Shown piece by piece: positions 12,481 through 23,284 of a stretch of DNA of 64,000 bases (the stretch's first letter is position 1; each line of letters starts with the position of its first letter). This DNA comes from Eutreptiella sp. 'Long Island Sound 2002'. Its lineage: Eukaryota > Protista > Euglenida. The notes beneath the pieces were generated by a model. The model was not told where the DNA came from. It worked only from the letters and a program-made list of their open reading frames with translations, and ran no database searches. The stretch covers positions 179,614,001 through 179,678,000 of the forward strand of contig OZ038378.1 of assembly GCA_964036045.1 (NCBI GenBank). Reading direction: 5' to 3'. Made by a program: the position numbers and the translations under genes.

Positions 12481-13000
12481 CTTTTGATTTTGACCCCTTT
12501 GTTGGGGGACCCCGGAGAACACTCCACCCAATTCTAGGCCCCCGAGAACAAATGCAATGTCCGTTGGCAGACCCATATAAGAATGAAGGGATTCGGCGTG
12601 ATTATACACCCTTTGCATGAGCTCAGCCTTAGGACCAGCAGAACTCAAGTCCAAATAAATCAGCAACTGCTTCAAATTTGCGACAGTGCATTGCCCATTC
12701 AGACCCAGACAACCACATGCTTGCCGGAGCAAACGTTCCACTTCACCCTTCACTCCAGGGGTAACCATGCCACACCGCCATTTGAGGTGCTCCTCACCTT
12801 TTGCAAATTGCTACAAGCAGCAGTGAGCAAACCAGTCCTGTACAGCACGCACACTTGCAAAATCACTAATGCCAAAGGCAGCCACCACAAAAGCATGGAT
12901 CTCTTGGGGGCCCAGAATTAGAATTGGGTGGAATGGCTACATAACCCCTAATTACCTTCTTGCGGGCTCCCCCAACAACGGGAACAAAATCAAAAGCTGG
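12481..13000. mobile_element. Fold-back structure: inverted arms (12481-12547 and 12902-13000) enclosing a 354-bp coding-like insert
   Basis: Left arm cttttgattttgacccctttgttgggggaccccggagaac...ccacccaattctaggcccccgaga. The reverse complement of the right arm is cttttgattttgttcccgttgttgggggagcccgcaagaagg...ccacccaattctaattctgggcccccaaga. Confidence 0.75.
12590..12900 (-). pseudogene. SAP-domain-containing gene fragment
   Basis: TVANLKQLLIYLDLSSAGPKAELMQRV (12687-12607) fits the SAP consensus (L+v.eLk..L...GL...G.KaeL+.Rl). In-frame TAG at 12813-12811 upstream. Confidence 0.7.
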
Positions 13001-13263
13001 GGAATGAATGACGTTGTGTCCACCATGTGTAGTCAGCAACGGGTAACATGAAGGCTAGCTATGTGGCTCCTTGAGTATGTATGTTGCCGGGCAACACAAA
13101 GTGCTTGTCACGGGGGGGGGGGTCATGGAATTTTGCCAATGACCTCACTAAATGTCATCTCCGTTCTATTCTCCGTTGTATGAATATATTGGGCTGTAGC
13201 TGAGCTTAAGGAGAGGTAACCTTGTGCGTGCGCCTTTCCGGACAACAGTTGTTTGTTCGCATA

Positions 13264-13965
13264 GGGGGCGCCCTTAGCACAGTGCGGGCGCAGTGCGGGC
13301 GCATTGCGGGCATCTAGCCCTACTGGAGACCCATACTTTGTAATACTAGGGGCATCATTGCTGCCCCTAGCATAGGTTTTGATGCTTCTTCCACATGGGG
13401 GATATGGCATTTTTGGGTTGTCACCCACTTTCACCCATTTCCACCCCTTTTCACATTTTTTTTGCTCATCTTCACCATGGACTCCCACACTTCGGTGTGG
13501 GCCCTTGAGTTGGGGTGATGGACTCCTAGGCTTTGGCGTGGCCCCTCGAGTTGATGTGACGAACTGCCCGGTTTTTGCCTGACCACAGTCGAATTCCCTA
13601 TGCGAGGCCGCATCCCTGCTGGTGAGGAAGCGTGGTTGTACCACAAGTTGAAAACAAAGGTTGACGTGGCCTCCCTCTTGCAAGAAACTTTGCCCTCCGG
13701 TCTAGTTGAGGATGGGGTGGACACATACGTGGCTTTGGGACTAGCTGGTAGGGTGAGTGAGCTTTCAATTGAACAAAAAAGAGGATATGTGCGTGGCTTT
13801 CCGCATTTTGCATGATGTGTTATATAAAGGGAAGGTAGCTTGAATTTGTCTTGAGCTAGGGTAGTTTGAGTGACTTAAATTTAGGGGCATTTGGGTAGCT
13901 GGGATGGCCTAACTTTGAGGGTGTTTGGAAGGGGTCGGTATGGGGGTTCTTCATAGGTGAATCTA
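13264..13965 (+). mobile_element. Repeat family A, copy 1 (non-autonomous element with gcagtgcgggc repeats)
   Basis: Highly similar to 20184-21600 once two insertions are removed from that copy. Related end fragments at 14690-14830 and 18950-19105. Confidence 0.85.
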
Positions 13966-13967
13966 CG

Positions 13968-14690
13968 GACGGTACCTTGATCCATTCAACGGTATGCAAA
14001 TTTGACTTATGTTCATTTAAAATTTATTTCCAGAGCTCTACATTACTGAGGGGTCCATGGGAGCCCGACCAGTGGTTGAGCGCCCATTTTTGGGTCTTTC
14101 TTGTGACTCCGAAGAAAACTAGAGAGAAATCCGTACACATAGCAACTTTCCCTTCCGGGAAAACTTTCAACGTCTGTAGAGCAGCAAAGATTTTGCTGTG
14201 TTGTTGGTCTGTTGCAAGTGTGTGGTAAGATGTGAACCAATGGCATGCAAGCCCTAGGAATAAATCCCATACCCTCCTACATAGCCCACACCATTCACCT
14301 TTTCTGACGAGCCGTCAATGTTGACAATGCAATACCCCTCATCTTCAAGAGCACAGAGTTTGGCATCCAAAATATGTGAGCCTCTGGCCGCATTGTCGAG
14401 TTGGCATTGTTTCCTAGATAGAGCTTTGGACTTGGGTGGGAGGGGTGGGTTGTAGATTGGGGTGTGTCAATACCCCTTCATTCACCAAGCAGAGTAGTGA
14501 GGTGACAAACTGCGAGAGATCATGACCTTTAACGGGGGGGATTGAAGCATAGCCGATGATTTCGCCTGGGAAGCCCACATTCGCACAAACTGATGCCAAG
14601 TCGGGGCTTTAGTGCGGGCCAAGCACCTGCACTCCAGTTTACTTTGATGGCTAACTAGGCTAGAACACCTGCAGGCAGAACAAAAGAGGG
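13968..14690 (-). mobile_element. Decayed retrotransposon segment with an RNase H1 domain (probably non-LTR)
   Basis: Minus strand 14340-13968: YCIVNIDGSSEKVNGVGYVGGYGIYS*...QQTNNTA, frameshift, LFAALQTLKVFPEGKVAMCTDFSLVFFGVT...W.LNHW...SNVELWK*...VEWIKVPS. The four RNase H1 motifs are in order. Confidence 0.85.
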
Positions 14691-14859
14691 AGCCTTAAGC
14701 GCAGTGCGCGTGCAGTGCGCGTGCAGTGCGCGCGCAGTGCAACTATTTGGGCATCCGGCCATACTAGAGACCCATACTTTGAGATACTAGGGGCCCCTAG
14801 GGGCATCATGGTGACCCCTAGCGGAGGTTTTGACTTCTGATTTTGTCCCCCTTTGTTTG

Positions 14860-15264
14860 GGTGTGCCAAAGGTGATTGAGCAGATCTTGCGGTTCGGCAA
14901 GGGTAGCCACTTACCAAGGGATGAGGAAAGTGTAATTATCCAGGATGGGCTTGATGGCCAACCATTCTCTGAAGGCGGCAGTGAAGCGCCAACACTGCAG
15001 CCTGCGATTGACCATTTGCGCCGTGAGAAAAGAGAGAGAGAGGCCAAGAAACAAGCAAAACATGCGCAGCAGGTCCTAGAAAAGCGGCAACGCACACTGG
15101 ATGCTTTTTGTGTTGCTGCGCCCCCTCGGGCCGATGTGGCTTCGTCCAGCTCCAATCTCCCTCAACCCTCTCAGTCCTCGCAACCCCCTGTGGCTACACA
15201 ATCTCAACCCCAATCCGATTCTAACCGCAAGGGAAAGGTGAGAGGCCGGTTGTGGAGGCCGTAA
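14860..15264 (+). pseudogene. C-terminal fragment of a repeat-borne protein, probably from a mobile element
   Basis: VPKVIEQILRFGKGSHLPRDEE...KRQRTLDAFC. A divergent homologous fragment lies at 35560-35810 on the minus strand. Confidence 0.45.
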
Positions 15265-16562
15265 ACTGCAATTCAATGCTGATTTTATGATGCCAAGAGG
15301 AAGTGAGTTGCGGTTTGCTAAAAAATTGTAATTTCGCTTTCGTGGAGTCTTGCATCTAAAGCATCGCGCTGGCACATCGTGTAGCTACATCGACAAACTA
15401 AGCTTATCTAACCTCTCAAGGTGTGCAAAACACAGGCACGAGGCGTTGCATTGAGATCTTTGTTGCAAAAGTAGGGTTGCCCTATAGCATTTTGAAGCAC
15501 GAAATAGCTAACTTTTCATGGTTTATCTCCAAAGTAGTTCCCTATACCGTCGTCTGCTTCGGCACGTGCTGGTTCGCTCCCTCGTGGAGCAATGGTAAAC
15601 AGAGCAACAAGAGGAAAAGAACACAACGCCTAGGCCTTTTTGCAGACAGCGGGAGTGACGGTTGGAGAGACGCACACTGTTCGCACCGGGGCCCAATGAG
15701 GGGCCATGCAAGCATCCAATTTCCCCATCCATGGGCACTCTTTTAAAGGTGGTCATTCCATTCGCTACCGTCGTCTATTCACCAGTCCACGTTGTCTGGC
15801 ACACACCATGCACGGCTGGGATGGGTTGGAGACAACATACAAGTTCAGGGCACACTAAACGATCAATGCACGTGCTCCCCTATTGCACTTTTTATGCCTT
15901 TAGAGATGGACATATTCTATTCTTTTTCGCCTGAGACGAAATGATGAAAGAATATGCTAGGCTTGGTTGGGTGGTCTTCCGGGTACTAGAGGACTTGGCA
16001 AGCAAACAAGCATACAAATAAAGCCTTCGTCAGCACACCATACTCTGAAAAGCTGCATAACACGTACAAGGGTAGTGCACGGGGTGCGTATGGGGTAAGC
16101 TTGGGTTAAACATGCCGCCCCCGCAACCAAGTCTGGCCATATAACGCACATCAAACTTGGGTTTTTTCGCAGAATCGTTGATAATTTTTCGAAAAACATT
16201 GCTACACAAGTGAAAAACGGTCCCGGGCTTCAATGTTGCTCTTTTCTTGCCTCATGTCGAGGTACATTCTCTCATCATTAAAGGTCACACTTAATGCTTT
16301 AAACAATCTTGACGGCTTCCTCGAGGTGCATACTTGCATTTAAAACTTTCTCCCCCTTATGAAGGTTAAGGTTGTCAAGGGCTGTCTTTCTAAGCTATGT
16401 TTCCTTGATAGGACTAACCTTTGATATAATTACATGATCCTCCTACCCTACCCAGGGGTGGGGTATACTTCGTGGCAACCCTGCTGCATGCCTTGTTAGC
16501 ATTGACATCGTGCAGTAGGCGTTCCGTGGTACAAGGCCTCGTTGCCCCCCCCCCCCCCATGG

Positions 16563-17295
16563 CGGCACGGCACAAAACAGGGCGGCACACGGAGATTCCG
16601 ACCCCCCCCTATTCCTACCTCGCCCGACCCTACCCGGAACGGGCCCTTAGAGACGACCACTATGGAGTGCCAGTCACATACATATGGGCCCAATGCATTT
16701 GTTTTCTTGTCTCGGGCCCAATGCTAGCATTTCCTGGTGGTCCCTGGGTGGATATTGTTGCTTCTTGGTGGTCTCTGGATCGGCACTGGTATTTCCTAGT
16801 TGTCTTTTGATGTATGTTGACAATCCATTCACATTAATAATTGCATTGAACTCCAAACCATAATGCATGAGAAACTATTCCAAAATATTTGTCAAATGGC
16901 ACAAAGTGAGATGGAGAGACATGCAAGCAAAAGCAACGCAACAATCCATGCAAACTTCTTAAAAAAACTTGCGTCGCATGATGACAAGTCGAAATTTAGC
17001 ACATAAACCATCTCACATCTTCAACAACAACATGCAATGATCACAATTGATTCACATTAATAATTGAATTGAAGTCATGAATGAGTTGGAAAACACATGG
17101 TGCAACACCTAGAGACAACACACAAAAAGTTGCAAATGCAACAGTCACGAAAAAGAGCAACATGCCGTCCAAATCTGAACCACTGATACATGTATGCCTC
17201 TACAAAGGATCTTGTTGGGTAGGAACACTTGGCACGGCACGGCACAAAACAGGACGGCACATGGAGATTCCGACCCCCCCCCCCCTATGCCTACT
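16563..17295 (+). repeat. Direct repeat pair of about 60 bp (16563-16620 and 17235-17295)
   Basis: ggcacggcacaaaacagg(g/a)cggcaca(c/t)ggagattccgacccccccc...ta(t/g)cctac occurs twice. Confidence 0.85.
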
Positions 17296-18611
17296 GCACA
17301 TCGGCTCTATTTGCAAAACTGTACCCCTAGGCTTACCAACAAAACCAAAGGGATCTTGTGTTCCTTTGCTGTGTTGTCCAAAAGGATTTGCACGCTTTCC
17401 TCTATGGGACCTCCCTTAAGGGGTGTGGCAAAAGATAATGCCTTGCAGGCGATGGCCTTGTGGGGTGTGGAAAAGAAGAATCAGAGGGTGTGGCAATTTG
17501 GTTAAGAGAAGGTTCGTTTGGGGAAGGTGAAGGCTCCAAAGGGTGTACACAAGGGCCGTTGGAAACCAATTCGGTGTCCCAAATTTTAGAGTTTCTACCC
17601 TCTGAATCTGCAGCGGTAGGCACCCTTTGTGGTAACTCGGGTTCACACTTCTAACAAATCACAAGCAACTTGGTAACTTTCGTTTCTGTGGCCATGGCAA
17701 CGCCATCCGCGAAATCAATGTTCCTCTCCCTCCCACTCAATTCACGGCACTCCTTCCAAGCAAAAACTGTTTTATGAACAACACACCAACTAGCAATGGT
17801 CTTGAAAGTGGGCTTCTCACCATCAACAAGCAATAGGCTCACAAGAAATGGGAACTCTAAATTGTGGCATTGACCAAACTCAGAAATGCACAAGGAAGCG
17901 GCCACCAAAACTCCTCGTAATGATTTGGGGCACAACACTTGACCAAACTGCTTACGTTGAGCCCACTGCACATTCACGATTTGGATTTAACAACCGGGGC
18001 AATCATCACAAACCAAGACCATAAATATGTCATTTATGCTGAAATCGCATCGTAACCTTGGTAGATTGATAGACATGGCAAGCACAGCCCATACCTTCAA
18101 ACATATTGGAGAACTGGGCCAAAAAAGCCACAAACCCAAGTGCAAACCACAGCCACAAACCCAAGTGCAAACCACAGCCAAAGGTTCCATATGAAAAGCT
18201 CTGGCGGGCCCGAAAACAAGCTATGTGTACAGCTCTGCTATGCAGTTAGTCATTGCGAAATGCGACAAATGGTACCAGAAAAACTCGCAAACAACTAACA
18301 GTCATCTGATTGATGCAATCCACAAAAAAAATAAGATTTAGTAATCCTACAACTTCAAAAATTGTAAAACTTCAAAAATGATCAAAACGGCCTCTAAAGT
18401 GCTACAGATCCGGCATTGATGGATTAAAGATAATATTATCTACTATTGATGTACAGATGTGCACAAACAAAAAACCCAAATTGAGTTGATGTCGAGGTGG
18501 TGATGACTGAGGCAGGCTGGCAAATTGTATCAGCAGGAATCTTCTTTTCGGCTGATAAGGGAGGGTAGGGTGATTTAATAGGGGGGCTCAAGGGGGACAC
18601 CAGAATTGAGA

Positions 18612-18893
18612 TACGGCGCCGCGGCGCTGCGCGGTGTCGGAGCGCATGCGACCGAAGGGACCTACCATAATTCCACCATAAATATGGTCGCGTGCGCTCC
18701 GCGACTCCGGGAGAGGCGGCCGCTCCGCACCAAACCGTTGGACACAGTGGGTAGAGGGGGAGCTAGGTGGGTATTTGGCTTAAGCCAGTCCGGCGATGGC
18801 TTAAGCCAGTCCGGCGCCCGGCTTAAGCCGCGGCGCCGCGGCTTAAGCCAGGCGGCGCCGCGGCTTAAGCCAGAATTAAGCCGCGGCGCCGCG
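18612..18893. repeat. CpG-rich small element containing a GGCTTAAGCC / GCGGCGCCGC palindrome array
   Basis: GGCTTAAGCC at 18777, 18798, 18820, 18840 and 18862, partial at 18876. Perfect 30-bp palindrome at 18820-18849. Inverted cggcgccgcggc near both ends. Confidence 0.85.
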
Positions 18894-19105
18894 CCTGTTC
18901 CTCACAACCGAAACCACGCATTTGGCACTGGGGCATCGTAAGGAATATGTGTGTGTTATGTTAAGGGAAGGTAGTTTGCAACTTTCTTGAGCTGGGGCAG
19001 TTTGGGTCACCTAATTCGAAGGGCATTTCCAAGGGATGTGCTTGGGGGCTCTTCGAGGGGAACATAGTCTAAAAGTAGCGCGCAGTGCGCGTGCAGTGCG
19101 CGCGG

Positions 19106-19790
19106 AGTACAAAGATTCCCCCAAAGTGTCGCTCAAGTGGTTCTCCAACAACGTCTTTACATCACGGACAGTAGTGCCATCAATGTCCACCGGCCGAAAG
19201 CATTTACCAATGGTATCAAAAGTAAAAGGTAAAAATCGATACAACGTCATGGTATGGTTGATAGATTCAATTGCTCCATCCAGCGGGCAGTGAATGGTGG
19301 TGGGTTGCCATTTGGGGATGCTTGCTCTCAACTGGCAGTTTTTTCCATAGGGCTTTGTGTACAAAGTCCCTGAGACCAGATGGCAGGAAAGACTTGCAGA
19401 AGTTGATCCAAACATCTTTATTTTGCCTGTTCTCTAGTTCAGCAGGGTAGGACATGCGGGCTCCCACAATTGCTTTGGTCTAGCTCGCCCAAAAGTTGGT
19501 GTCGAGACGCTCTCCTGCAGTGTTTGGGGGGGTGAGCACATTGTAGGCTGGTTTCCATGTGGGCGCAACCAAGTCTCGAGAGGAGTCGTCCTCAAGGAAA
19601 CTTCCCTCGGAGACACCCCCATCACGGATGAGTCTAGGGCAAAAGTAGGTTTGTTTGTGCTGGTTCCTGAACAGCACATTGTGCCATAATGGCATGTTGT
19701 ACGGCATGGGGCATAGTGTGGGTACCGCATGTGGCTGCCGGGGCAGGGATAGGGCGTGGGCACAGCCTCCCCTTAAGGGCGCTTTGTGGA
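19106..19790 (-). mobile_element. Decayed L1/Tx1-like LINE, C-terminal ORF2 region (zf-RVT-like)
   Basis: Frameshifted pieces PLWHNVLFRNQHKQTYFCPRLIRDG, VWINFCKSFLPSGLRDFVHKALWKKLPV and CPLDGAIESINH. Confidence 0.75.
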
Positions 19791-20278
19791 CAAGGGGGGG
19801 GGGGGGCACACCCCTCCTCCCTTAAATCTAGCACGGAAGCAAGCAACATCAACAACAACAACAACAAAAACAAGCACATCTCCTTTCCAATTTGGCCATT
19901 ACGCCGTCGCAACACTTTGGAATCTACTCTATTCTAGCCATCCTAGAGCTTGGGTGGTGGCCAAGCCAAAGCCTGAACAATGGTGCCCCTGGGCGCTTGC
20001 ACCTAGTTGGGAGGTGCCCTACCAAATCTGGGCTATTTTGGGCCAGGAACGGCCTTTTTTGCCCAAAACGGCGATAAAACGCACTCGAAGTGACCCAAGT
20101 AAGGGAAACATTGGCATACCCCACCTCCAACTTGACTTCCTCGTGTCTAAGAGCCTCTTGGTGCCCTCTAACTGCGCAATATGAGGGCGCCCTTAGCGCA
20201 GTGCGGGCGCGGTGCGGGCGCAGTGCGGGCGCAGTGCGGGCGTCTAGCCCTACTGGAGACCCATACTTTGTGATACTA

Positions 20279-20706
20279 CCCTCCCCCCCCTTGCAATCTC
20301 CCCCCCCCACCCGGGAGACCGTCACTTCCATGTTTTTCTAGTTAACATGTATTGTGCTGGTTTGTGTTGCCCATCTGCTTTACGCATGGCCTTGCGTTGC
20401 TTTCCCCTTACTACAAATCAAGCACCTGTGTGTGTTCTGTGATATTCTCTCTCCAAAGGCGTTGTATGGGTGTGTTGTGTTGCTACTTCAGACCCAAGAT
20501 GTTTTCTCCCGGTGACCATGTACGGTACCACTCACGCACACTTGGTGCACATGTCCTTGCATCGGTGGAGGGTACCACAGTTTGCCTTGAAATACCCTTG
20601 CAACCCCCCCCCCCCTGGGAGACCGTCACTTGGCGACCGTTTCCCCCCCCCCCCCACCCGGGAGACCGTCGCGCGCTAACCCGGGAGTTTGCAGGGGGGG
20701 GCAGGG
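20279..20706. mobile_element. 428-bp MITE with a TA target-site duplication
   Basis: The empty site is visible in copy 1 (taatacta|ggggcatc). TA at 20277-20278 and 20707-20708. Imperfect TIR of about 25 bp: ccctccccccccttgcaatctccc / gggagtttgcaggggggggcaggg. Confidence 0.9.
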
Positions 20707-20950
20707 TAGGGGCATCATTGCTGCCCCTAGCATAGTTTTTGATGCTTCTTCCACATGGGGGATATGGCATTTTTGGGTTGTCACCCACTTTCACCCATTT
20801 CCACCCCTTTTCACATTTTTTTTGCTCACCTTCACCATGGACTCCCACACTTTGGTGTGGGCCCTTGAGTTGGGGTGATGGACTCCTAGGCTTTGGCGTG
20901 GCCCCTCGAGTTGATGTGACGAACTGCCCGGTTTTTGCCTGACCACAGTC

Positions 20951-21121
20951 GGTGCGCCAGGTATCAAGCGTACTATTGCAGGTAACATTGTGTACATTAC
21001 GGGTCGTATCATAACGACTGGATGTAGCACAGCGGTTTGATTGCTGATTGACACTTGGAACGTTGGCTGGAATTGCCTGGGCGGGGGCATCCAGTATCCG
21101 TTACCGACCATGATTGAGCCC
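20951..21121 (+). mobile_element. 171-bp insertion with a 13-bp TSD and no TIR or poly(A) tail (retroposon-like)
   Basis: cctgaccacagtc at 20938-20950 and 21122-21134. The paralogous empty site at about 13578-13590 has a single copy. Confidence 0.9.
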
Positions 21122-22189
21122 CCTGACCACAGTCGAATTCCCTATGCGAGGCCGCATCCCTGCTGATGAGGAAGCGTGGTTGTACCACAAGTTGAAAACA
21201 AAGGTTGACGTGGATTCCCTCCTGCAAGAAACTTTGCCCTCCGGTCTAGTTGAGGATGGGGTGGACACATACGTGGCTTTGGGACTAGCTGGTAGGGTGA
21301 ATGAGCTTTCAATTGAACAAAAAAGAGGATATGTGCGTGGCTTTCCGCATTTTGCATGATGTCTTATATAAAGGGAAGGTAGCTTGAATTTGTCTTGAGC
21401 TAGGGTAGTTTGAGTGACTTAAATTTAGGGGCATTTGGGTAGCTGGGATGGCCTAACTTTGAGGGTGTTTGGAAGGGGTCGGTATGGGGGATCTTCACAG
21501 GGGAATCTAGTCGGGATGGCCTAATTTTGAGGGTGTTTGGAAGGGGTCGGTATGGGGGTTCTTCACAGGGGAATCTAGTCTAAAAGTAGCGCGCAGTGCA
21601 AGGGTTCCCCCTATGTCTAAGAAACACCCCCAAAAAGCCCGCAAAATAGCCCGCTTTGCCGAAATCTGTACTCTGCATCGAACTTGGCCCACAGTGGCCC
21701 TTGGCACATTATGAACTGGCCCATTTGATTAAAAAAAAAAGCCCGCAAAATAGCTAGTGGGTATTTGCCTCTACAAAGGGCCCACCCTGGCTAAAAATAG
21801 GGTATGACATCATTGTTGAGAGGATCTTGGCAGAATTGTAGAGACTATCACTTTTCTGTGAAAAATAGCCATTCCAACCCCTAAATGCACCCCAAACAAG
21901 TGATTTTGGATTCTATTCTATCTTGTCCTTCCTTCACTGTACTTTGTCAACGTCTCTGTTGGTTCCCCTACCTCGCTACTTGTTGGCACTGACATGGACA
22001 CCTGCGTGCATCACGTGATTGCCCTATCTTCTCCCGTGCCTGGACGTGCCTGGACATACCCGGCCTCCGAGAGCAGCCAAAGCTCCGCCACGAGTGGAGC
22101 AATCGGCCGCGGGGCGGCCAGGACCCCATCCTTGCACCTGCTTCTCCCTGCCTCCACGCTTAGAGAGAGAGTGGGACGCAGTGGGAGAG

Positions 22190-22265
22190 GAACGGAGAGA
22201 AGGAGAGAGAGAGAGAGAGAAAGAGGGTAGGAGAGAGAGAGAGGGAGAGAGTGGGAGAGAGACCC
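22190..22265 (+). repeat. Imperfect (GA)n tract
   Basis: Read directly from the sequence. Confidence 0.85.
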
Positions 22266-23284
22266 ACAGAGCAAGAGACGGGGGCTAACCGGCGCAAAGG
22301 GAGGGTGGTGGGTTCGAGCTGACCAAGGTGTATAGGACGCCATGGCAGTAAAGAGCAGTTCAATGAAGAAACAACGAGGCGCCTTTGCGCCCCAGGAGCA
22401 CGGGTGCGACACGTCGTACCGTGTCGGGAAGCCCGAACATGACAAGGGTAGCAAGAATGCGGCCCATGTGAGGGTAAAGGGAGCGAGTAGACATGGAAAT
22501 GTAGGCGGCCAGAGCACGCAAGGTGTGGGGCTGAAAAGGTATGCGCCACACACAGAACAGCAATGACCAGTTGAGGTGTCCGGCCGCAAACACTTTTGAT
22601 GCAACGCTGGGACGCCTTTGCGTCACCACAGGCGCCTTTGTGCCCCCGAAGTTCGGGTACGACACGTCCTCACGTGCCGGAGAGCAAGTGCAAGACAGGG
22701 GCAGCATGAGCACGACCTGCAGGGCAAGGGTTAGGGACTAACCGGCACTGTGGGAGGGTGGTTGGTGCGAGCTGACCTCATTGTCCACATGACCGAAGTC
22801 CAAGCACAGTCATCAATCACCTGGTGTGGTACAGAACTGGTCTACGCTGCAGTGCAGCGAGAAATACACTGAACAATGTGGTTATGACCATGCGCCTGTG
22901 ACACGGGGGCGTATGCGAGCCCAGTATCTGTTGCCTCATGGCCCCCCTCACCCACCCACCCCGTCTTCAGCGGGGTGCCGGCCGTCTGAGAGTGTGGTGG
23001 GAGCTGCGCGTGTAGAGTGCTTTGCCAGTGTGTTGGTGCGTGCGCTGTCGAGAGGCGGCCCCTCACCTTGTCTTGCTGCCGCCCTGTGTACGGCGTGCAC
23101 CGGGGCCTGTTGTGCCTCAGGAGGCTACCTCCTGTTCTGTGCCCCTCTCCATGGCGAATTTCCTAGCAGCTCCGTTCGTAGCGTGTGGGACGCGGCTGCT
23201 AGCCAACCGCCGCCGACGGGCGCCTGCGCGTCCCCCCCGTACAATGGTCCCGTCTAGGGGGATGCGACCCCCTTCCGCCGACGC

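Larger units (their letters stand above)
20184..21600 (+). mobile_element. Repeat family A, copy 2, carrying two younger insertions
   Basis: Colinear with 13264-13965 apart from inserts at 20279-20706 and 20951-21121. Confidence 0.85.

Noticed and set aside
7371-18893. CRISPR-like reading of the 85-bp, 53-bp and GGCTTAAGCC arrays
   Set aside because: The sequence between repeats is itself repeated rather than unique, repeat lengths do not fit, there are no cas genes, and the context is eukaryotic.
22138-22158. Possible 21-nt micro-exon on the minus strand after a (CT)n tract
   Set aside because: AG and GT borders are present, but no partner exons of a minus-strand gene could be found in the window.
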